The notes under the pieces were generated by a model. It was not told the DNA's origin. It worked only from the letters and a program-made list of their open reading frames with translations, and searched no databases. Of a stretch of 64,000 nucleotides of DNA, positions 25,501 to 35,227 are shown in pieces. A program made the position numbers and the translations under genes. Origin of the DNA: Macrostomum lignano (Eukaryota); the NCBI GenBank assembly GCA_002269645.1, contig NIVC01002905.1, positions 66,616 through 130,615 of the forward strand, read 5' to 3'. Numbering within the stretch: position 1 is the first letter of the stretch; each line of letters opens with the position of its first letter.

Positions 25501-28030
25501 GGAGAGGAAAGAGTCACGAGAAGGAGAGGAAAGAGTCACGAGAAGGGAGAGGAAAGAGTCACGAGAAGGGAGAGGAAAGAGTCACGAGAAGGGAGAGGAA
25601 AGAGTCACGAGAAGGGAGAGGAAAGAGTCACGAGAAGGGAGAGGAAAGAGTCACGAGAAGGGAGAGGAAAGAGTCACGAGAAGGGAGAGGAAAGAGTCAC
25701 GAGAAGGGAGAGGAAGAGTCACGAGAAGGGAGAGGAAAGAGTCACGAGAAGGGAGAGGGAAGAGTCACGAGAAGGGAGAGGGAAGAGACACGAGAAGAGA
25801 GACAGAAGATCACGAGAAGAGAGAGGAAGAGTCACGAGAAGGGAGAGGAAAGAGTCACGAGAAGGGAGAGGAAAGAGTCACGAGAAGAGAGAGGAAAGAG
25901 TCACGAGAAGGGAGAGGAAAGAGTCACGAGAAGGGAGAGGAAAGAGTCACGAGAAGGGAGAGGAAAGAGTCACGAGAAGGGAGAGGAAAGAGTCACGAGA
26001 AGGGAGAGGAAAGAGTCACGAGAAGGGAGAGGAAAGAGTCACGAGAAGGAGAGGAAAGAGTCACGAGAAGGGAGAGGAAGAGTCACGAGAAGGGAGAGGA
26101 AAGAGTCACGAGAAGGGAGAGGAAAGAGTCACGAGAAGGGAGAGGAAAGAGTCACGAGAAGGGAGAGGAAGAGTCACGAGAAGGGAGAGGAAAGAGTCAC
26201 GAGAAGGGAGAGGAAAGAGTCACGAGAAGGGAGAGGAAAGAGTCACGAGAAGGGAGAGGAAAGAGTCACGAGAAGGGAAAGGGAAGAGTCACGAGAAGGG
26301 AGAGGAAGAGTCACGAGAAGAGAGAGGAAAGAGTCACGAGAAGGGAGAGGAAGAGTCACGAGAAGAGAGAGGAAAGAGTCACGAGAAGGGAGAGGAAAGA
26401 GTCACGAGAAGAGAGAAAGAGTCACGAGAAGGGAGAGGAAAGAGTCACGAGAAGAGAGAGGGAAGAGTCACGAGAAGGGAGAGGAAAGAGTCACGAGAAG
26501 GGAGAGGAAAGAGTCACGAGAAGGGAGAGGAAAGAGTCACGAGAAGGGAGAGGAAAGAGTCACGAGAAGGGAGAGGAAAGAGTCACGAGAAGGGAGAGGA
26601 AAGAGTCACGAGAAGGGAGAGGAAAGAGTCACGAGAAGGGAGAGGAAAGAGTCACGAGAAGGGAGAGGGAAGAGTCACGAGAAGGGAGAGAAAGAGTCAC
26701 GAGAAGAGAGAAGAAGAGACACGAGAAGGGAGAGGAAGAGTCACGAGAAGGGAGAGGAAAGAGTCACGAGAAGGGAGAGGAAAGAGTCACGAGAAGGGAG
26801 AGGAAGAGTCACGAGAAGGGAGAGGAAAGAGTCACGAGAAGGGAGAGGAAAGAGTCACGAGAAGGGAGAGGAAAGAGTCACGAGAAGGGAGAGGAAAGAG
26901 TCACGAGAAGGGAGAGGAAAGAGTCACGAGAAGGGAGAGAGAAGAGTCACGAGAAGGGAGAGGAAAGAGTCACGAGAAGGGAGAGGAAAGAGTCACGAGA
27001 AGGGAGAGGAAAGTCACGAGAAGGGAGAGGAAAGAGTCACGAGAAGGGAGAGGAAAGAGTCACGAGAAGGGAGAGGAAAGAGTCACGAGAAGGGAGAGGA
27101 AAGAGTCACGAGAAGGGAGAGGAAAGAGTCACGAGAAGGGAGAGGAAAGAGTCACGAGAAGGGAGAGGAAAGAGTCACGAGAAGGGAGAGGAAAGAGTCA
27201 CGAGAAGGGAGAGGAAAGAGTCACGAGAAGGGAGAGGGAAGAGACACGAGAAGAGAGAGAAGAGTCACGAGAAGAGAGAGGAAGAGACACGAGAAGAGAG
27301 AGAAGAGACACGAGAAGAGAGAGAAGAGTCACGAGAAGAGAGAAAGAGTTACACGAGAAGAGAGAGAAGAGTCACGAGAAGGGAGAGGGAAGAGTCACGA
27401 GAAGGGAGAGGAAAGAGTCACGAGAAGGGAGAGGAAAGAGTCACGAGAAGGGAGAGGAAAGAGTCACGAGAAGGGAGAGGAAAGAGTCACGAGAAGGGAG
27501 AGGAAAGAGTCACGAGAAGGGAGAGGAAAGAGTCACGAGAAGGGAGAGGAAAGTCACGAGAAGGGAGAGGAAAGAGTCACGAGAAGGGAGAGGAAAGAGT
27601 CACGAGAAGGGAGAGGAAAGAGTCACGAGAAGGGAGAGGAAAGAGTCACGAGAAGGGAGAGGAAAGAGTCACGAGAAGGGAGAGGAAAGAGTCACGAGAA
27701 GGGAGAGGAAAGAGTCACGAGAAGGGAGAGGAAAGAGTCACGAGAAGGGAGAGGAAAGAGTCACGAGAAGGGAGAGGAAGAGTCACGAGAAGGGAGAGGA
27801 AGAGTCACGAGAAGGGAGAGGAAAGAGTCACGAGAAGGGAGAGGAAAGAGTCACGAGAAGGGAGAGGAAAGAGTCACGAGAAGGGAGAGGAAAGAGTCAC
27901 GAGAAGGGAGAGGAAAGAGTCACGAGAAGGGAGAGGAAAGAGTCACGAGAAGGGAGAGGAAAGAGTCACGAGAAGGGAGAGGAAAGAGTCACGAGAAGGG
28001 AGAGGAAAGAGTCACGAGAAGAGATAAGAG
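10597..28030 (+). repeat. 17.4-kb purine-rich 23-bp satellite (gaaagagtcacgagaagggagag), about 750 units, P2X intron 1
   Basis: Continuous tandem array with 21-24 nt length variants. Confidence 0.99.
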
Positions 28031-28124
28031 AGAATAGACAAGACGAGAAAGGAGAATAAATGTGCAAGTGTATGTATTCGTTGATTTACACTCCTCTCGA
28101 TCAATGTCCGTGTACCACCTGCAG

Positions 28125-28305
28125 GCCTTGAGTACACGAACTACAGCAATATCCCATCTATTGGGGATCGAATCTGGGACGTGGCTGACTGGGCGATACC
28201 ACCTCAGATGAACAGCGCCTTCTTTGTTACCACCAACGTGGTAATTACTAAGAATCAGACGCACTCTACTTGCGAAGAGGACAAAGACAACAAGTGGCAT
28301 GCAAG
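28125..28305 (+). CDS. P2X: P2X coding exon 2 (aa 70-130)
   Basis: Acceptor cacctgcag at 28124. Phase-1 join gives G-LEYTNYSNIPSIGDRIWDVADWAIPPQMNSAFFVTTNVVITKNQTHSTCEED, matching the P2X IWDVAD and NQT..C motifs. Donor ag|gtgagt at 28306, phase 2. Confidence 0.95.
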
Positions 28306-28347
28306 GTGAGTTGTTCTGGCAGCTGTTTAAAAGACTGGATTAATAAT

Positions 28348-28554
28348 GAGTGAGGTGTGTGTGGAGTGAGGTGGGTGCGGAGTGAGGTGGGTGTGAATTG
28401 AGGTTGGTGCGGAGTGAGGTGTGTGTGAAGTGAGGTGGGTGCGGAGTGAGGTGGGTGTGAATTGAGGTGGCTGTAGAGTGAGGTGGGTGAGGAGTGAGGT
28501 GGGTGTGAAGTGAGGTGTTAGTGGAGTGAGGTGTTAGTGGAGTGAGGTGGGTGC
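28348..28554 (+). repeat. G-rich 16-bp minisatellite (gagtgaggtgggtgtg), P2X intron 2
   Basis: Directly visible. Confidence 0.92.
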
Positions 28555-28626
28555 AAATATATATTGCTTCTGTGCACTACTGAAAGTGTGCAATATATTC
28601 TCGTCGAATGCGGTATCATCCCACAG

Positions 28627-28792
28627 CTGCAAGTCAGACGCGGACTGCGAGAAAGGCCACGTCCACCTGCTAGGCTGGGGTGTTCGCACGGGCAGGTGCA
28701 TCAACAGCACCAGAGAGCCCAACCTGACTGTGTGCGAGATCTACGGCTGGTGTCCGACTGAGCAGGACAAACTGCCGCTTGGCAAAGACGAG
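28627..28792 (+). CDS. P2X: P2X coding exon 3 (aa 130-185; Cys-rich head domain)
   Basis: Acceptor cccacag at 28626. Encodes SCKSDADCEKG...TGRCINST...CEIYGWCPTE. Donor gag|gtttgt at 28793, phase 0, which matches the next exon. Confidence 0.93.
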
Positions 28793-28904
28793 GTTTGTGG
28801 CTTTAGCAGTACATGCAGTTGGTACGCTCGTTAAGTATTTCAACTACTGACTAACAACCTTATACATGATTATCATCGGACGCGCATCCCGTCTTCACGC
28901 TCAC

Positions 28905-29312
28905 AACTCATCACCCACCTCAGTCATCACTATAGACACACTCCTCACTCACCACCCACCCCTCACTCCACACACACCTCACTCCACTTCTACCTCATTC
29001 CATACAAACTTTACTCCATACCCACCTAACTCCACACACACCTCACTTCCCACCCACCTCACTCCTCACCTAACTCACTCCACACGCACCTCACTCCGCA
29101 CCCACCTCACTCCGCACCTACCTCACTCCACACCCTCCTCACTCCTCACCCACCTCACTCCGCACCCACCTCACTCCGCACCTACCTCACTCCACACCCA
29201 CCTCACTCCGCACTCACCTCATTCTACACTCACCTCACTCCATACCCACCTGACCTCAATCAACATCCACTTCACTCCGCATCTACCTCATTATGCACCC
29301 AATTCACACTTC
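28905..29312 (-). repeat. Same 16-bp minisatellite in inverted orientation (cacacccacctcactc on +), P2X intron 3
   Basis: Reverse complement of the units at 28348-28554 and 37155-37890. Confidence 0.9.
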
Positions 29313-30007
29313 GCCTGATGTCCTCAGTCCTCGCCAAACACTCAGCAAAACAGTAAATATTTCATGCCACTGTCTGCAATAGGCCGTCACTGCAATACTA
29401 TATGTGACTACACTTCCAGTGAACACTCAAATTGTTGCAGTTTTCGCGGCTTCCCTATATTGACCTTTCTGTAATTTTGTTTTTTTTGTTGGCCGCCCCA
29501 AAGCAGCAGAAAGAGTTTCCGCTCATTAAAATCTACTACTGATGGGGAATGGGGGTGATGAATGGAAGCTGCAGTCTGTGCCAGAATGAGGGATATGGTA
29601 GTGCAGAAGTCCTATTCTATTTAGGGCTAAAAAAAGCAAGGATTTCTATAACCAGCATAACTGCCGCGTACATTTACATGTGTCCGGTGCATTTGTCCAT
29701 GAAGAGGCATTTAGTACAGAAACTTGGCTCTGCTGCTGACAGAGCTTCAGAATTAATTGAATAATTATCAGGAGGTAATAAAGAGCAATTAGAGACACCA
29801 ATTAATCATATTTATAACCAGCTAGGGACGCAGTGACTTTGTGAGTGAATGGTTAAAAAATTATAAAAAGAAGAAAACGATTATGTTGAAAAAAAATTGA
29901 GAAAACTTATAGCCGCATAACTGCTGAGGCTAAAATATACTACTTAATAAAGTAGGCTAGCATTTTCTTTGGCGCAGTGCCAAACAGTTTGATATCTACC
30001 AATTCTT

Positions 30008-30500
30008 TCTGATGAGTTCTACCCATTCTCGTTGATGAGTTCTACCCATTCTTACTGATGAGTTCTACCCATTCTTACTGAGAGTTCTACCCATTCTTAC
30101 TGAGAGTTCTACCCATTCTTACTGAGAGTTCTATCCATTCTTACTGAGAGTCCTACCCATTCTTACTGAGAGTTCTACCCATTCTTACTGAGAGTTCTAT
30201 CCATTCTTACTGAGAGTTCTACCCATTCTTACTGAGAGTCCTACCCATTCTTACTGAGAGTTCTACCCATTCTTACTGAGAGTTCTATCCATTCTTACTG
30301 AGAGTTCTACCCATTCTTACTGAGAGTCCTACCCATTCTTACTGAGAGTTCTATCCTTTCTTACTGAGAGTTCTACCCATTCTTACTGATGAGTTCTACT
30401 CATTCTTACTGATGAGTTCTACCCATTCTTACTGGAGAGTTCTACCCATTCTTACTGGAGAGTTCTACCCATTCTTACTGATGAGTTCTACCCGTTTCAA
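30008..30500 (+). repeat. 22/23-bp minisatellite (gagttctacccattcttactga), P2X intron 3
   Basis: Directly visible. Confidence 0.95.
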
Positions 30501-30571
30501 CTGAGTAGTTCTAACCTTATCAAATTACCTTATTTAATAAAGCTGCCTTCGCCCACAACAAAAAATTCCAG

Positions 30572-30812
30572 GTGCTAATGACCCGAGTGAAAAACTTCAC
30601 CGTATTAATTAAAAACAGCGTGGAATTTCCCAAATTCAAAGTGAAACGTCGGAACATCCTGTCCTCAATGACTGACAGATATTTGAAGACGTGCAAATAC
30701 AATCCGGACAGTCCAGTTGATAAATACTGTCCAATATTCCGTTTGGGTGACATTATCAAGTACGGACAGTCAATCAGTCAGGAGGCTGCAAAACAAATTT
30801 GGATCACGGGAG
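30572..30812 (+). CDS. P2X: P2X coding exon 4 (aa 186-266)
   Basis: Acceptor ttccag at 30571. Encodes VLMTRVKNFTVLIKNSVEFPKFKVKRRNIL...CKY...YCPIFRLGDI, with the NFTVLIKN and CPIFRLG motifs. Donor g|gtgaga at 30813, phase 1. Confidence 0.96.
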
Positions 30813-30887
30813 GTGAGATTACTATTGACAAGTATTTGGCGTAAATATAGTTATTAATCTGATGAATATTTAAGATAAGACAGGGAC

Positions 30888-31630
30888 CGGCTTGGGTGAA
30901 GAGTCACTGACTTGGTGAAATTTGACTTGGGTGAAGTGTGAATTGGGTGAAGCGTGGTTTGGTTGAAGAGTGACTTGGGTGAAGAGTGTTTTGGTTGAAG
31001 AGTGACTTTGGTGAAGAGTGTTTTGGTTGAAGAGTGACTTGGGTGAAGAGTGGTTTGGTTGAAGAGTGACTTGGGTGAAGAGTGGTTTGGTTGGAAGAGT
31101 GACTTGGGTGAAGAGTGGTTTGGTTGGAAGAGTGACTTGGGTGAAGAGTGGTTTGGTTGGAAGAGTGACTTGGGTGAAGAGTGGTTTGGTTGGAAGAGTG
31201 ACTTGGGTGAAGAGTGGTTTGGTTGGAAGAGTGACTTGGGTGAAGAGTGGTTTGGTTGGAAGAGTGACTTGGGTGAAGAGTGGTTTGGTTGGAAGAGTGA
31301 CTTGGGTGAAGAGTGGTTTGGTTGGAAGAGTGACTTGGGTGAAGAGTGGTTTGGTTGGAAGAGTGACTTGGGTGAAGAGTGGTTTGGTTGGAAGAGTGAC
31401 TTGGGTGAAGAGTGGTTTGGTTGGAAGAGTGACTTGGGTGAAGAGTGGTTTGGTTGGAAGAGTGACTTGGGTGAAGAGTGGTTTGGTTGGAAGAGTGACT
31501 TGGGTGAAGAGTGGTTTGGTTGAAGAGACTTGAGTGAACAGTGACTGAATTGGGTGAAGAGTAGCTTGAGGGAAGAGTGGCTTGGGTGAAGTTTGGCTTG
31601 GGTGGAATGTGGCTTGGGTGAAGAGTGAGT
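30888..31630 (+). repeat. 33-bp minisatellite (ggaagagtgacttgggt + gaagagtggtttggtt), a dimer of 16/17-bp subunits, P2X intron 4
   Basis: 11-aa periodic ORF (KSDLGEEWFGW); ends decay into monomeric 16/17-mers. Confidence 0.95.
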
Positions 31631-31714
31631 CTTACTTTTGTCCTATGACCCTGTGGAAGGTGAACGGAGGCTCTGCAAAAGGCTAATTAGTAAGTAATTA
31701 TGATATTCTTGCAG

Positions 31715-31835
31715 GCATGGTGGCCATCGATATTCACTGGGAATGCAATTTCGACTTCGACGAGGAGCACTGCAAACCGGACTACAGATTTCGCAGTCTG
31801 GAGGACGGCAAAGTCGGTCAGGGTTGGAATTTTCG
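31715..31835 (+). CDS. P2X: P2X coding exon 5 (aa 266-306)
   Basis: Acceptor ttgcag at 31714. Encodes GMVAIDIHWECNFDFDEEHCKPDYRFRSLED...GWNFR, with the WxC...C.P.Y.F and NFR motifs. Donor cg|gtcagt at 31836, phase 2. Confidence 0.95.
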
Positions 31836-31994
31836 GTCAGTAATGATGCATGTAGCTGTCGTTTTGATTTTGCGTAATTTTCTGCATTTACTACTTAGGT
31901 AAATACGAATAGTATAGTGAGTGGTACGTGTCGATTTGAACAACTGATCCCCAGAATTTTTTTTAAATTTCTACACAATTGCATCTTAATTAAT

Positions 31995-32275
31995 ATTTAA
32001 ACAAAATCTAAACCCCGATCTAAACACACTATAAACACACATTTTAAACCATATAAATGCACACTGTAAACGCACATTATAAACCACCACTTAAACACAC
32101 TTGTAAACACACATCTAAACCACAATCTAAACAGACTGTAAACACACATTCTAAACCACAATATAAATACACACTGTAAACACACATTCTAAACCACAAT
32201 ATAAATACACACTGTAAACACACATTCTAAACCACAATATAAATACACACTGTAAACACACATTTTAAACCATAG
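31995..32275 (+). repeat. 38-bp AC-rich minisatellite, P2X intron 5
   Basis: ctgta recurs at 32136 and 32174, giving period 38. Confidence 0.85.
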
Positions 32276-32417
32276 TATTTCGTAGTTTCTAATTTTATTT
32301 GAAAAAAATAAGTAGAAACTAATCGCATGAAAAGTTATTAATCCCGGCGACGGTTTAATTGCATTTTATTTTATTAAATTTTAGTTAATTACCCTCAACC
32401 AATTTCCTTTACTTCAG

Positions 32418-32652
32418 TCACGCCTATCACTACGAAGAGAATGGCGTTCACAAGCGCACATTGGTGAAAGCTTTTGGCATTCAATTCTTTATCAGCGTCA
32501 CGGGCCGAGGCGGAAAATTTGATATTCTCAACTTTACTATGAATTTGGGCTCTGGATTGGCGCTGCTCACGCTGGCCACTGTGCTGTGCGACATCATTGT
32601 GCTCAACATTATGCGCAAGAGAAAGAAGTACCGACAGGCCAAGATAGACAAG
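32418..32652 (+). CDS. P2X: P2X coding exon 6 (aa 306-384; K323, TM2, YxxxK motif)
   Basis: Acceptor acttcag at 32417. Encodes HAYHYEENGVHKRTLVKAFGIQF..VTGRGGKFDILNFTMNLGSGLALLTLATVLCDIIVL...YRQAK. Donor aag|gtaggg at 32653, phase 0. Confidence 0.96.
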
Positions 32653-32703
32653 GTAGGGGCCATTGTCTCGCTTCATTTAGGGTTGACATGGGTTTGTGTT
32701 TAT

Positions 32704-32726
32704 GATTGACTAATTGACTGATTGAC

Positions 32727-32758
<32 letters not shown>

Positions 32759-32940
32759 CGATTGATTGATTGATTGATTGATCGATTGATCGATTGATCG
32801 ATTGATCGATTGATCGATTGATCGATTGATCGATTGATTGATTGACTGATTGACTTATTGATTGATTGATTGACTGATTGATTGATCGATTGATTGATTG
32901 ATCGATTGATTAATTGATTGATTGACTGATTAATTAATTG
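32704..32940 (+). repeat. (GATT)n/(GATC)n microsatellite, P2X intron 6
   Basis: Directly visible. Confidence 0.95.
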
Positions 32941-34098
32941 AATATATTCGTAGTTGATTCGTTGTAGTGAAAAATGTAATAGTTCATTAATCGACTTTTC
33001 TATTTATTGATGAAATGAATGATTAATTTATATGTTAGTATTAATTAATTGATTCGTGAACAGTCAGAAAATTAATCACCTTTAGGCCGAACAACCCCTG
33101 CAGCAACCGAAAAACAGCCCTCGATCTGTCTGTTCATTCCAGAGAATTTCTGAACTTGCACTTTAGCTCGCTCCTGTAAATCATGCTGGTTTCACTCAAC
33201 AATCCCTAAGAAGCTTTTATGGGTATTAATAATTCACCAAATGTTGTCAATAGCTTGGACATGTTTTTCTCCCGAGGGACGACAGGCGTTGGCAACAGAG
33301 CGGGAAAAAGGAATACCTAAAAGCAGGCGGCCCACAAGATGGAGCTTTTCATTATCAGTCTTTGGGATTAACATTTTGAAGCCCTGGCAAATTCTGGCTC
33401 AACTTATATTAGGAAACTGTCTGAAGCAGAAGACGTCAGAGAGCAGCGACTCAGGAAGGAGACAGAGTTAGAAAAGGAAATTAGAGTCAAATTTCAAGGC
33501 AGCGAAGGCATCAGAGTTTCGAGACTCGCGAGCATTCAGCCAATGAGGAATGTAGCTAGGGAATTAATAAGTAAAATAAGCAACTCAGCTTACTTGCCAG
33601 CGACTATTTCTGATGCTTCATCAGTGCCTGGGCAGGACAGGCAAGTTCTAAATATAATTAAGTCTTCATGAAAGTTTAACTTTTTTTCGGAAATTAGCCT
33701 AATTATTAAGAAGCTGTGGGGCGCCCTGGCGACAGCGTCCCGAAACCAGGGCTGAGGCAATTCTGCCATCAAATTTGGTATGTTTGATGGCAAATTTTCC
33801 GAGAAACGTACTTTCCCGACGTCCTTCGACCGGTACTTGAGTAGTCCTTGAAAAAAAGCTTCTAGGTTGATCACAGCACTCAGATTTTAGGGCTGAAAAA
33901 CCAAGCTAGAAAATATTAGTTCTTAAAAAATTCTGCACAAAGCTCTGTTGCAGAAATTAGCCTAATTTAGAGTCTGTAGTTTAGAGTATTGTCAGAAAGA
34001 TCAATAATTATAACAAAATAAAGACATGCGTCACAGATATTAAAAATCAGTCTATGAAATCGAACTATTTAAGCATTGAATGTCAACATGACAAACAG

Positions 34099-34581
34099 GT
34101 CAAACGCCGTCAAATCGAGCGGGCCAAGACCACACGGGAGAGCGGTCGAGTCCCCCAGTCGGCAGGGCAGCAACAACAACAGAAGCCAAGAAAGAAGAGC
34201 GCAGTTTACAAGAAACGCACCGCAGCCGCAGCAACGACCTGGAAGCACGAGCGGCCTCAGACCAGACTCAACGAGAAGCACCGCGACAAGACCAGCTCAA
34301 CCATCGGGGACGAGATTGAATGCCACGACTCCAACAACGGTGCCAGCCAGCAACTGCAACAACTGCAACAGCAGCTAGGCGTACCCAGCCAGCCATTCAA
34401 TCCGCACGGTTCACGGTCCTCGTTTCCCTACATGTCGGCCTCACAGACTGAAAATAATTCGTCAAGTTCCAGCGGCAACAGCGACGCTCTTGACAATCGC
34501 GATGAAGTCAGCAGCAGCGACAGCGACAGCGACACGGAACGGTGCAGTCCCAGAAAGTCTGGCGACAGCACAATGTGCTGA
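34099..34581 (+). CDS. P2X: Probable P2X terminal exon 7 (160 aa low-complexity cytoplasmic tail; full protein 544 aa)
   Basis: Acceptor acaaacag at 34098 gives a phase-0 join KIDK|VKRRQIER. Open GC-rich frame to TGA at 34579-34581. No family motifs confirm it. Confidence 0.7.
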   Translation, partial: VKRRQIERAKTTRESGRVPQSAGQQQQQKPRKKSAVYKKRTAAAATTWKHERPQTRLNEKHRDKTSSTIGDEIECHDSNNGASQQLQQLQQQLGVPSQPFNPHGSRSSFPYMSASQTENNSSSSSGNSDALDNRDEVSSSDSDSDTERCSPRKSGDSTMC

Positions 34582-35227
34582 GCATGTTTTTTAACACGCC
34601 GTTGTGTTTTATAACAGCTTGAAAATTTCAACAGTTAATCAGGATTTTAAGCCAGATTCCCGAACTTTTTTGCGTTCATGCTTCAAGAATAATTTCAGTG
34701 TCTACTTAGAAAACGACTTTTTAAACTTAAATTATAATTTGACTACGCAACGCCTTCGGAGAAAACCGTTGCACCACCAGCATTGAGGGCGACTCTGTCA
34801 TTCCGTTGACTCCTGAGTACGTGCAAGTGCGCCAGTACTGTACGCTGGCACAGCACGTTTCGCACATTTTGGTTGTTTCTACCAGCTTTCGCATTACCTT
34901 GGCGTTTGACACATTTCAATAATTTATGAACTTGGTTTATGAACTTCAATCGTCAACTGCTCGCTTGTATGTAGTTTAAAAGCAATGCTTGTTCTTGGAC
35001 ATTGTTTGAATATCTATCTCAAGTATCGTAGTCAATGCTTACTTTCTGATAATAATTTGTTTTTCTTGCTATCCTAGCATATTGTCTGAGTAAGTCTGTA
35101 CTGCCCTCTTGACTATACAGCAGCCGCTGCACTCGCGTATGAATCGTAAAAAAATTCACCTAAGGCCCTGTAATATTTATCTGCAAGGTGCTTCACTAAC
35201 GCCCTAATAAATATTTCAGAAATTTTT

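Noticed and set aside
30008-30500. CTGATGA (hammerhead core) within the 22/23-mer array
   Set aside because: There is no stem II followed by GAAA and no stem I/III pairing, so the match is coincidental.
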